From: Malacoraja senta
Lineage: Eukaryota
Assembly (NCBI GenBank): GCA_038087875.1
Contig: CM076002.1
Coordinates: 186,001-250,000, forward strand
Direction of reading: 5' to 3'
Length of the DNA stretch: 64,000 bases
The translations under genes were made by a program, and so were the position numbers. Below the pieces are notes generated by a model. It had not been told where the DNA came from. It worked only from the letters and a program-made list of their open reading frames with translations, and made no database searches. This document shows positions 12,136-23,474 of the stretch, piece after piece (position 1 is the stretch's first letter; every line of letters begins with the position of its first letter).

Positions 12136-15086
12136 AACGGTTGGGGGGAGGGACTCAAATAGAGAAAGCTAGTGGAAAATGTGGGAGGCAGGAGGCAGAG
12201 AAGGGAAGCACTCGGACCCAAAATGTAGGTGAGAAAGAAGAAAAAGATAATAAACAGAGAATAAGTGGTGGTGGGTTTCTTAAATGTGTATATTTTAATG
12301 CTAGGAGCATTGTAAGAAAGGTGGATGAGCTTAGAGCCTGGATTGACACCTGGAAGTATGATGTTGTGGCGATCAGTGAAACATGGTTGCAGGAGGGCTG
12401 TGATTGGCAAATAAATATTCCAGGATTTCGTTGCTTCAGGGGTGATAGAATTGGAGGGGCAAGAGGTGGGGGTGTTGCATTGCTTGTCAAGGAAGATATT
12501 ACAGCAGTGCTTTGGCAGGATAGATTAGAGGGCTCGTCTAGGGAGGCTATTTGGGTGCAACTGAGAAATGGGAAAGGTGTAGCAACACTTATAGGGGTGT
12601 ATTATAGACCGCCAAATGGGGAGCGAGAATTGGAAGAGCAAATATGTAAGGAGATAACAGATATTAGTAGTAAGCACAAGGTAGTGATTGTGGGAGATTT
12701 CAATTTTCCACACATAGACTGGGAAACACATTCTGTAAAAGGGCTGGATGATTTGGAGTTTGTAAAATGTGTGCAAGATAGTTTTTTGCAGCAATACATA
12801 GAGGTACCTACTAGAGAAGGGGCAGTGCTGGACCTCCTGTTAGGAAATGAGACAGGGCAGGTGGCGGAGGTATGCGTCGGGGAGGACTTCGGGTCCAGTG
12901 ATCACAATACCATTAGTTTCAATATAATTATGGAGAGGGTCAGAACTGGACCTAGGGTTGAGATTTTTGTTTGGAGAAAGGCTAACTTTGAGGAGATGCG
13001 AAAGGATTTAAAAGGAGTGAATTGGGACATGTTGTTTTATGGGAAGGATGTAGAAGAAAAATGGAGGACATTTAAGGGTGAAATTTTAAGAGTACAGAAT
13101 CTTTATGTCCCTGTTCGGTTGAAAGGAAATAGTAAAAAATGGAAAGAGCCATGGTTTTCAAGGGAAATTGGACACTTGGTTCGGAAAAAGAGAGAGATCT
13201 ACAATAATTATAGGCAGCATGGAGTAAATGAGGTGCTTGAGGAGTATAAAGAATGTAAAAAGCATATTAAGAAAGAAATTAGAAAAGCTAAAAGAAGATA
13301 TGAGGTTGCTTTGGCAAGTAAGGTGAAAGTAAATCCAAAGGTTTTCTACAGCTATATTAATAGCAAAAGGATAACAAGGAATAGAATCGGTCCATTAGAG
13401 AGTCAGAGTGGACAGCTATCTGCAGAGCCAAAAGAGATGGGGGAGATATTGAACAATTTCTTTTCTTCGGTATTCACGAAGGAGAAGGATATGGAATTAT
13501 GTGAGGTAAGGGAAACGAGCAGAGTAGCAATGGAAACTGTGAGATTCAAAGAAGAGGAGGTGCGGACACTTTTGAAAAATATGAAAACGGATAAATCTCC
13601 AGGTCCTGACAGGATATTCCCTAGGACATTGAGGGAAGTTAGTGTAGAAATAGCAGGGGCTATGACAGAAATATTTCAAATGTCATTAGAAACGGGAATA
13701 GTGCCGGAGGATTGGCGTACTGCGCATGTTGTTCCGTTGTTTAAAAAGGGTTCAAAGAGTAAACCTAGCAATTATAGACCTGTTAGTTTGACGTCAGTGG
13801 TGGGCAAATTAATGGAAAGGATACTTAAAGATAATATATATAAGCATCTGGATAAGCAGGGTCTGATTAGGAACAGTCAACATGGATTTGTGCCTGGAAG
13901 GTCATGCTTGACTAATCTTCTTGAATTTTTCGAAGAGGTTACTAGGGAAATTGATGAGGGTAAAGCAGTGGATGTTGTCTATATGGACTTCAGTAAGGCC
14001 TTTGACAAGGTTCCTCATGGAAGGTTGGTTAAGAAGATTCAATTGTTGGGTATTAATGGTGGAGCAGCAAGATGGATTCAACAGTGGCTGAATGGGAGAT
14101 GCCAGAGAGTAATGGTGGATGGCTGTTTGTCAGGTTGGAGGCCGGTGACTAGTGGGGTGCCTCAGGGGTCTGTGTTGGGTCCACTGTTGTTTGTCATGTA
14201 CATCAATGATCTGGATGAAGGTGTGGAAAATTGGATTAGTAAGTATGCAGATGATACTAAGATAGGTGGTGTTGTGGATAATGAAGTAGATTTTCAAAGT
14301 CTACAGAGAGATTTAGGCCATTTGGAAGAGTGGGCTGAAAGATGGCAGATGGAGTTTAATGCTGACAAATGTGAGGTGCTACATCTCGGCAGGACAAATC
14401 AAAATAGGACGTACACGGTAAATGGTAGCGAATTGAGGAATGCAGTTGAACAGAGGGATCTAGGAATAACTGTGCATAGTTCCCTGAAGGTGGAATCTCA
14501 TGTAGATAGGGTGGTAAAGAAAGCTTTTGGTGTGCTGGCCTTTATAAATCAGAGCATTGAATATAGAAGTTGGGATGTAATGTTAAAATTGTACAAGGCA
14601 TTGGTGAGGCCAATTCTGGAGTATGGAGTACAATTTTGGTCGCCTAATTATAGGAAGGATGTCAACAAAATAGAGAGAGTACAGAGGAGATTTACTAGAA
14701 TGTTGCCTGGGTTTCAGCAACTAAGTTACAGAGAAAGGTTGAACAAGTTAGGTCTTTATTCTTTGGAGCGCAGAAGGTTAAGAGGGGACTTGATAGAGGT
14801 CTTTAAAATTATGAGCGGGTTAGACAGAGTGGACGTGGATAAGCTTTTCCCATTGAGAGTAGGGAAGATTCAAACAAGGGGACATGACTTGAGAATTAAG
14901 GGACAGAAGTTTAGGGGGAACATTAGGGGGAACTTCTTTACTCAGAGAGTGGTAGCTGTGTGGAATGAGCTTCCAGTGGAAGTGGTGGAGGCAGATTCGA
15001 TGTTATCCTTTAAAAATAGATTGGATGGGTATATGGACGGGAAAGGAATGGAGGGTTATGGTCTGAGTGCAGGTAGATGGGACTAG
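12132..15086 (+). CDS. CR1 ORF2 (APE endonuclease plus reverse transcriptase); no AUG before the endonuclease domain
   Basis: NARS, ISETW, GDFN and SDH endonuclease motifs; [14 protein letters not shown] and YADD RT motifs; uninterrupted. First in-frame ATG is at 12930. Confidence 0.95.
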   Translation, partial: LERLGGGTQIEKASGKCGRQEAEKGSTRTQNVGEKEEKDNKQRISGGGFLKCVYFNARSIVRKVDELRAWIDTWKYDVVAISETWLQEGCDWQINIPGFRCFRGDRIGGARGGGVALLVKEDITAVLWQDRLEGSSREAIWVQLRNGKGVATLIGVYYRPPNGERELEEQICKEITDISSKHKVVIVGDFNFPHIDWETHSVKGLDDLEFVKCVQDSFLQQYIEVPTREGAVLDLLLGNETGQVAEVCVGEDFGSSDHNTISFNIIMERVRTGPRVEIFVWRKANFEEMRKDLKGVNWDMLFYGKDVEEKWRTFKGEILRVQNLYVPVRLKGNSKKWKEPWFSREIGHLVRKKREIYNNYRQHGVNEVLEEYKECKKHIKKEIRKAKRRYEVALASKVKVNPKVFYSYINSKRITRNRIGPLESQSGQLSAEPKEMGEILNNFFSSVFTKEKDMELCEVRETSRVAMETVRFKEEEVRTLLKNMKTDKSPGPDRIFPRTLREVSVEIAGAMTEIFQMSLETGIVPEDWRTAHVVPLFKKGSKSKPSNYRPVSLTSVVGKLMERILKDNIYKHLDKQGLIRNSQHGFVPGRSCLTNLLEFFEEVTREIDEGKAVDVVYMDFSKAFDKVPHGRLVKKIQLLGINGGAARWIQQWLNGRCQRVMVDGCLSGWRPVTSGVPQGSVLGPLLFVMYINDLDEGVENWISKYADDTKIGGVVDNEVDFQSLQRDLGHLEEWAERWQMEFNADKCEVLHLGRTNQNRTYTVNGSELRNAVEQRDLGITVHSSLKVESHVDRVVKKAFGVLAFINQSIEYRSWDVMLKLYKALVRPILEYGVQFWSPNYRKDVNKIERVQRRFTRMLPGFQQLSYRERLNKLGLYSLERRRLRGDLIEVFKIMSGLDRVDVDKLFPLRVGKIQTRGHDLRIKGQKFRGNIRGNFFTQRVVAVWNELPVEVVEADSMLSFKNRLDGYMDGKGMEGYGLSAGRWD

Positions 15087-16743
15087 GGGGAAGTATTTAT
15101 TTTTAATTAAAAATAAAAAATAAAAATTTAAATAAATAAATAAATAAATAAATATTTAAAAAAAATGTTCGGCACGGAAATAAAAAATAAAAAATTATAT
15201 GTTCGGCACGGACTTGAAGGGCCGAGATGGCCTGTTTCCGTGCTGTTATGGTTATATGGTTATATGACTGTGCCTCAATTCCTCTGTCGGTGGATCACCA
15301 GCTTTCTGACAGACAGGAAGCAGCATGTGAGGCGGGAAAGCATATCTCGGACCCACAAACGCTCAGCATAGGAGTACCGCAAGATGCGTACTCTCCCCTC
15401 TTTATTCTCGCCACACCAATGACTGCACCTCTCTGTCAAGCTTCTCAAGTTTGCGGATGACACAATCCTGATTGGACTGATCCAGGATGGGGATCTCTGT
15501 ACTCTCTTCAGTTTGACATCTTTCCTATAACATGGTGCCCAGAACTGAACACAATATTCTAAATGCGGTCTCACCAACGTCTTATACAACTGCAACATGA
15601 CCTCCCAACTTCTATACTCAATACTCTGACTGATGAAGGCCAAAATGCCAAAATACTTTTTGACCACCTGATATACCTGCGACTCAACCTTCAAGGAACC
15701 ATGCAACCTTCAACGATTCCTCTGCCCACCTGGCTAATTGATCCAGATCCTGCTGCAATCTTTCACAACTATCTTCAAAATTTGCAACTCCACTCACTTC
15801 TGTATCATCAGCAAACTTGCTAACCGTGCCCTGTTCTGTGATGTTTCACAGAGTGCTGGAGTAAATCAGCGGGTCAGGCTGAGTATAGAAGTTGGGAGGT
15901 CATGTTGCAGTTCCATAAGAAGTTGGTGAGGCCGAATTCAGAGTATTGTATTCAGTTCTGGGCACCATGTTATAGGAAAGATGTCATCAAACTGGAAAGG
16001 GTACAGTGAAGATTTATGAGGATATTGCCAGGACTAGAGGGCCAGAGCTATAGGGAGAGGTTGAGTAGGCTGGGACTATTTCATGGAGCACAGGAGGATG
16101 AGGGATGATCTAATAGAGGTGTATAAAATCATGATTTGAATAGATATGGTTGAGTCTTTTGCCCAGCGTAGGTGAAACGAGGAGCAGAGGAGTTTAAGGT
16201 GAAGGGCAAAAGAATTAATAGGAATCTGAGGGGTATGTTTTTCACACAAATGGTGGTAGGTGTATGGAACAAGCTGCCAGAGGAGGTAGTTGAGGCAGGG
16301 ACTATCGCAAAATTTAAGAAACAGTTAGGCAGCTACATGGATAGGACAGGTTCAGAGGGATATGGATCAAACGTGGGCAGGTAGGTCTAGTGTAGATGGA
16401 ACATGGTGGGCCGAAGGGCCTGTTTCCACACTGTATCACTCTATGACTATCTATCTTTCCCTCTCAAACCCATTATCCTGCCTTCTCCTCATTACCTCTG
16501 ACACCCGTATCAATCAAGAATCTATCAATCTGGACTTCCGGTGGCGCTATGGAGGCTTGAGTCCAGCGCCAACTAGCTCCGTGCCGAAGAAACTGAAAAC
16601 GGGAGAAAATCGGGTCTTACCTGCAGCGATCGCGATCTGAACGGCTGCCGACGTCATCAGGCGCGCGACTTTGACGGTATGTCGTTACAACGTACCCCCC
16701 CCCACGTGGGACACAAAAAAAAAACGTTAAAGGGAAACCACCG

Positions 16744-17712
16744 ATGGAAGAGGAAGGCCCAACTGAGGCCTCGGCCTCAGTTACAATGACGGCCCAGGAA
16801 GACCCTCCGAAGAAATCAAAGCAGAAAAAGTCTGAAATGGATGACCTTAAAAGTTTTCTCACTGCTGAATTGAAAAGCTTTGGAGAGAATTTTAAAGAGG
16901 AACTTTACTCTTTTAAGGTAGATTTTAAAGCAGAAATGCTTTCTACCGTTCATGAAATACTGGAAGTCTGGAAGAGGTCGAGGGAGGAAGAGGTCAAGGA
17001 ACAGATGGAAGTGCTGGAAGCCAGGCTCGTTTCGGTGGAAGCGAACGTTAAAATGGAGGTGGCCCCCATTCATCAAGCACTTGAACAACATAGAACAGCG
17101 ATAACCGAACGTGAGAAATGGGCGGCGACAAGTGAGGAAACTGTAGGTCGACTCCTTATTGAAAACCAACGCCTCTCCGGTATGGTGATCAAATTAAGTG
17201 ATAAATGTACCGATTTGGAGGGGCGTCAAATACGTAAGAATCTAAGAATTGTAGGGGTGAAAGAAGGAAGTGAGAGGGAAATGGGCCCTTGGGATTTTGT
17301 GGCAGACCTACTACAAAAAGCCTTAAAATTGGATCAAAAACCTTCACTCGGTCGAGCTCATAGAGCGCAGCGGCATCGTACACAAGATGATGCCCATCCA
17401 AGACAAATTATCGTAAAGGTGCAACTGGATCATGAATTTGACGATATAATGAAGAAAATCGTCCGAAGTGGACAGCTCCATTTTGAAGGTGTGAGGTTCA
17501 GTATTTACCGAGATTATCCGGCAGAGGTCTTCAAGAAAAGGGCGCTGTTCACTGAGACAAAAAGAATACTGAAGAATGTACCTGATTTGAGATACGGCCT
17601 GCTTTACCCCGCAAGACTAAGAGTCACCTACAAGAACAAGGAGCAATTTTTTACAGACCATGAAAAAGCACTGGAATTTGCCAAAGAAATCGGGAACGTG
17701 ACCACAGACTGA
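16744..17712 (+). CDS. L1 ORF1p (coiled coil, RRM, CTD), 322 aa
   Basis: DLEGRQIRKNLRIVGVKE, RAHR, IYRDYP and YGLLYPARLRV motifs. Confidence 0.93.
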   Translation: MEEEGPTEASASVTMTAQEDPPKKSKQKKSEMDDLKSFLTAELKSFGENFKEELYSFKVDFKAEMLSTVHEILEVWKRSREEEVKEQMEVLEARLVSVEANVKMEVAPIHQALEQHRTAITEREKWAATSEETVGRLLIENQRLSGMVIKLSDKCTDLEGRQIRKNLRIVGVKEGSEREMGPWDFVADLLQKALKLDQKPSLGRAHRAQRHRTQDDAHPRQIIVKVQLDHEFDDIMKKIVRSGQLHFEGVRFSIYRDYPAEVFKKRALFTETKRILKNVPDLRYGLLYPARLRVTYKNKEQFFTDHEKALEFAKEIGNVTTD

Positions 17713-18262
17713 AGAATTTACATTACTCCTCAGGAGTCAAGGATTAACGGGACCGCCAGATCTAAAAGGACCTTTAGAGTTCTTTTAAGAGCTTTAAGGA
17801 CATTCGAAAACCGAATGGACGGTGGACATTGGAGAAAACCGTGGTTTTCTTATTTTTTTTATTTTTATTAATCACTATTATTATCTGTATATTCATATCT
17901 AACTATATATGTAACAACTAATACTTATTAAATATCTATATTACTACTAAAATTATTAACATTTATATTACTCATAAAAATTTAATACTGGGTATGTTTG
18001 ATAACAATGATTAATAACTAACAGTCTTTGGTTAACGTGGAAATGAATTACATACTTATATTATATAGGAAGATATGCAAGAGGTAATTCGGCCTACGTC
18101 ATAATAAGGTTTGACGGTTTTTCTCTTTATTTTTCAATTTAAAATTAAATTTATAGATTTAGCGAAGATATTAATATGATATGTAGAGAATAATAACGTT
18201 ATGAATTTATGCTGTTCTCGGACTTTTCTGCAGGGATGCGTGCTTATGTATGTATGCATATG

Positions 18263-18301
<39 letters not shown>

Positions 18302-18724
18302 ATATGTGTATGTATGTGTGTACGTATGTATGGGTAGGTATATATGTTTGTTACTCCCAAAGAAGTTATTTGATTGTTAGAAATAATCTTCTTCTTTTTT
18401 TTCGGGCACGGAGCTGGGAATTTTTTTTTACAAAGGCTACGGAAGTCTTTAGAATTCTAGCCACGTTAGTGTGGCTATCACTAACTACACTAATTGTAGA
18501 TGTAGTTTTTTTTCTTTCACCCTATGCTAACCAATTCTATCACTTTTTTCACTTTAAATATTTTTATAACTTAATGTTTGAATGGAAAAACAAGACTAAT
18601 ACAAGGAGATGTGTTCGGAAGAGCGATGTATATGATTTTAAATTCATCTATTTGAGGTTCGGGAGCAGGGTCAGATTTTATGTGTTGCACCTTCTGCTCG
18701 GTTATAGACCACCTTAGAAACAAT

Positions 18725-21700
18725 ATGCAAGATGTTAATATGACAAGAGGGGGTCAGGGAATAACATTTTGTAGTTGGAATGTCAAGGGAATCAATGAAC
18801 CAATTAAGAGAGGTAAAGTTTTGGCACATCTAAATTTAATCAAAACAGATATAATATTCCTTCAAGAAACACACCTTAAAAAGGAATCTCAACATAGACT
18901 TAAAGCTAAGTGGATCGCTGAATCATATCATTCCTCTTTTTCCCATAAGTCCAGAGGAGTTGCAATATTAATTCGTAAAGGAATACCTTTTACGAATTCA
19001 TCAACAATAGCGGATATTGATGGTAGATATATTATATTATTTGGAGAGTTAAATGGAGAAAAAGTGATTCTTCTTAATGTATATGGGCCTAATTTTGATA
19101 ACCCTATGTTTTTTAATAAAACATTTAATTAAATTCCTGAATTTACACAATATAAATTAATAATTGGAGGAGACTTCAATTGTACATTAGATTCATACTT
19201 AGATAGATCATCAAGGCAAAAAAAAGTAAAATCTCAATCAAGTGTATTTCTAAATTCATTTATTAATACCACTAATATTAAGGATGTCTGGAGAATAGAA
19301 AATCCAACTGGACGGGAATATTCATTTTACTCACCAGTACACAAAACATACTCAAGAATAGATTATTTTTTAGTTGACTCCACGTTTATCCCATTTACTT
19401 ATAACTCAAAATACCATAATATTATAATCTCAGATCACGCACCTGTAACATTCATGATTAAATTAAATGGATTGTCCGAGAAACAAACATATTGGAGATT
19501 TAACCCACAAATTTTGAATGAAAGATCATGCCAGGAATATATTATTAAACAGATTCAAATATTTTTTGAGATAAATGATAACCCTGACACACCTACTTCT
19601 CTTATGTGGGAAACGTTTAAAGCGTTTGTTCGAGGTGCATTAATTTCTGCTCAAGTATTTTATAATAAAGAGAACAGGATTAAACAACAAACATTCGAAA
19701 GCGAAATCAAGCAACTAGATATAGAAAATGCGAGAATGCCATCCATTTTAAAACATAATAAAATTGCTGTATTGAAATATAAATTAAATAAAATGTATTC
19801 AGAACAAGTAATAAAACTTTATCAAAAAACCAAACAATTACATTTTGAATTTGGAGACAAACCACAAAAACTATTAGCACGTCAGTTACGAAAAATGGAA
19901 GGGGAAAAAATAATTCATAAAATTAGAACAGAGACAGGAGAATTATTAAAAATGCCCAAGGACATAAATGAAAGATTTCTCCAATACTATCATAACCTTT
20001 ATTCAACTAAAACTGTAGCACAATCAGAAGGAATAGCAGATTTTTTACTAAAATGTAATTTAAAAGGTTTAGATTCAAATGATAGAGAATTATTAGAAAG
20101 GGAGATTACGATAAAGGATATTGAGGAGTCTATTGGCTCTTTAAAAAATGGTAAAGCAGTAGGACCAGATGGTTTAGGCTCTGAATTTTATAAACAAAAT
20201 TATGACTTACTCTGCCCACGTTTACAAAGGCTGTATGAGCATACCTATACTCAACAGAAACTTCCAGATACTTTAAATGAATCTATAATAACACTTATTC
20301 CTAAAGCTGATAAAGATCCGGAAGATCCGGGATCATATAGAGCAATTGCACTTTTAAATACAGATCAGAAAATATTAACTAAAATACTAGCGCATAGATT
20401 AAGTACAGTGATGAATAAATTAATACACCCTGACCAAACAGGCTTTATTCAGAAACGGTACTCATATTATAATCTAAGAAGATTATTTAATATTATTTAT
20501 TCTAAGAGAATTATTAATGAAGATCTAGCAATAATCTCACTTGACGCTGAAAAAGCATTTGATCAGGTTGAATGGTCTTATTTATTTTCGGTGATGGAAA
20601 ATATGCAGCTAGGGGAGAAATTCTGCACATGGATAAAACTGTTATATACAAATCCTACGGCTAGAATATTAACAAACCAAAGGTTGTCATCTAAATTCAG
20701 CCTATCTAGAGGTTGTAGACAAGGATGCCCGTTATCTCCATTATTATTTGCGCTGGCTATTGAGCCACTCGCAGAAAGAGTTAGGGGTCATCCGGAAATA
20801 TATGGGTATATCACAAAGGACACAGTGAATAAAGTTTCTCTATACGCAGATGATGTACTAATTTACATTACAAAACCAGAAATTAGTATTCCAAATTTAT
20901 TAGAGCTAATAACCCAATTTGGTTCACTCTCAGGATACAGAATAAATTGGAATAAAAGTGAAATTATGCCAATAAGGGAACATAACAAACAGATAATACA
21001 ACAATTTCCATTTAAAATAGTAAATGAAAAATTTAAATACCTAGGTATTTATGTAACTAAGATATATACATCATTATTTAAAGCAAATTTCCCCCCATTA
21101 CTGAATAAACTACATAAGAATATTCAATACTGGAAAACACTTCCTATCTCAATGGTTGGCAAAATTAATGCCATAAAAATGATTTTTTTACCGCAAATAT
21201 TATACCTTTTTCAGACAATTCCGATATATTTGTCAAAAAACTTTTTTTTTAAATTGGACTCCATTGTTAATGATTTTATCTGGGATTATAAGAATCATAG
21301 GATAAACAAAAGACATTTGTGTAAATCAAAAATAAATGGAGGCTTGGTTTTACCCAACTTTCTGTTTTATTTTTGGGCAGTTAATATTAAAAATATGAAT
21401 TTCTGGTTGGAAGAAATAGATCAACAACCAGATTGGTTAAAAATGGAAAAGGAAGATTGTTTGCCTTTTGATATCGGTTCGATATTATTTGCTACATCTA
21501 AATTAAACAAAAAAAATTATAGGGAAAACCCTATAATATTTAGTGCCATACGAATTTGGAAACAATTAAAAAAGACATTAAAATTAGATAATTTATCACT
21601 TTTTCTCCCAATTGTGAATAACCCTTTGTTTAAGCCCTCATGGTTGGACAGGGGTTTTACACAATGGAAGAATTATGGAATTAAAAATATGGGACAACTT

Positions 21701-22540
21701 TATAAGGATGGCACTTTTCTGACATTTCAGGAGTTGCAACAGACTTATGGACTCCGAGGAAATGATTATTTCAGATATCTTCAACTCAGAGATTATGTAA
21801 AATCTAATACTCAAAATTTTCGAATTAGAAATTCAGAAATTCTTGACGAATGTTGGAATAAACATCCTAATACAGAAAAATTAATATCTTATATATATAA
21901 TATCTTATTAGACAGTGACATTCCATCGACGGACTTACACAGACAAACATGGGAAAAAGAATTAAATCAAATAATAACGAAAGATACTTGGGAAGAAAGT
22001 TTACAACACATACATCAATGTTCATTAAATGCCAGACATTCTTTAATACAATTTAAAGTAATACATAGGTTACATTATTCAAAAACAAAATTACATAAAA
22101 TCTTTCAACATATCTCACCTATATGTGATAAATGTCAACATTTAGAAGCTACCTTATCTCATATGTTTGCAAACTGTATAAAAATAAAAAAATTCTGGGT
22201 AAATATTTTTAGTATAATATCTAAAGTGACCAGCACACAATTGGACCCGGATCCAAAATTAATAATACTCGGAACATTAGAATTAAATCAAACATTTACA
22301 ACAACACAAAGAAACTTTATTGATTATAGTATAATAACAGGAAAAAAATTAATTCTAAAATTTTGGAAAGGCCCTACGTCCCCCACAATTAAAATGTGGA
22401 TTATAGAAATGACGGAGACCTTAAACGTGGAAAGAATCAGATTTTCCCTGTTGGACAAACAGGAATTATTCGTTGGAACATGGTCTCCCTTTATTGATTA
22501 TTTAAAGGGTCAGAATGGTTCAGCACAGGAACCTGACTAA
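18725..22540 (+). pseudogene. L1 ORF2 (EN-RT-Cys), ~1271 codons with one in-frame TAA at 19130-19132
   Basis: SWNVKG/LQETH, GGDFN, SDH, QGCPLSP, YADD and CDKC...H...C motifs. The listed ORFs 18680-19132 and 19454-22540 share a frame, and I read no other stop between them. Confidence 0.93.
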
Positions 22541-23254
22541 TACTCTGGCTAAAGAATGGATGAAATGCTATACTCTGAAATGTACGAATATATCTCGAAT
22601 GAAGTTTTTTATTTTAATAAATTTTTCCATTCTTCTTTAACCATCTTTTTTTTTTCTTCTTTTTTTTTTCTCTTTTTCTTCTCACTCTTTTCTTTCTTTA
22701 CTTCATCTATCTTTTTAGGTCTATCTAGTTTTTTAAAAAAAAGGCAAAAGGTATTGGAGACAATGTAATAATAATTGATAATATTATCAATTTAAAAATG
22801 TAAGACTGTAATGATGTTAATAGGTTGTGTACTTTTCTCCAATAAAAAATATTTTCAAAAAAAAAAAAAAAGAATCTATCAATCTCCTCCTGAAAAATGC
22901 CCATTGACTTGACCTTCACAGCTGTCTGTGGCAATGAATTCCACAGTTCACCACCGTCTGACTTAAGAAATTCCTGCTCATCTCCTTCCTAAAGGAATGT
23001 CTTTAAATTCCGAGGCTGTGGCCGCTGGTGCTAGACTCTCCCACTAGTGCACAACATCCTCTCCACATCCACTCCATCCAGGTTTTTACCAGGCTTGGCA
23101 ACAGCTTCACACCGTGTCCCAAAGCTTGTGTCCTGTCCTGCATCACCCAAGGCCACAGAGACGTTATAGGAGAGGGCAAGCACCGTAACAAAGTAGCTCA
23201 CGATGGTTTGGGCAACATTCAGGAATGTCTATGCATGTCACATCATGAATATTA

Positions 23255-23474
23255 CTGAAGAAGGGTCTTGACCCGTAATATAATCTATACCTTTTCTCCA
23301 GAGATGCTGCCTGACCCACTGAGTTACTTAGCACTCTGTGACATGTCACCTATCCATGTTCTCGAGATGCTGCCTGACCCGCTGAGTTACTCCAGCACTC
23401 TGTGAAACATTGCCTATTCATATTCTCTGCAGATGCTGCCTGACCCACTGAGTTACTCCAGCACTTTGTGTCTA
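23255..23474 (+). repeat. Penelope-type terminal sequence with three tandem ~66-bp units
   Basis: ctgaagaagggtcttgacccg followed by three copies of agatgctgcctgaccc(a/g)ctgagttact...gcact; homologous to 40087-40180. Confidence 0.7.

Larger units (their letters stand above)
11504..15263 (+). mobile_element. CR1 LINE family A, copy 1 (5'-truncated in ORF1, ORF2 intact)
   Basis: ORF1 esterase domain, open APE-RT ORF2 and (tatggtta)n tail; homologous to 50023-54283. Confidence 0.97.
10280..15490 (+). mobile_element. Degraded Rex1-like LINE interrupted at ~11155-15263
   Basis: FVDFSSAFNTIVPELL...CRWITSF stops at ~11154, resumes at ~15264 (WITSFLTDRKQ) and continues to KFADD. Confidence 0.8.
16532..22869 (+). 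mobile_element. Full-length L1-clade LINE
   Basis: CpG-rich 5'UTR, ORF1, ~1-kb AT-rich spacer, ORF2, AATAAA and polyA; 16-bp TSD aagaatctatcaatct (16516-16531 / 22870-22885). Confidence 0.97.
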
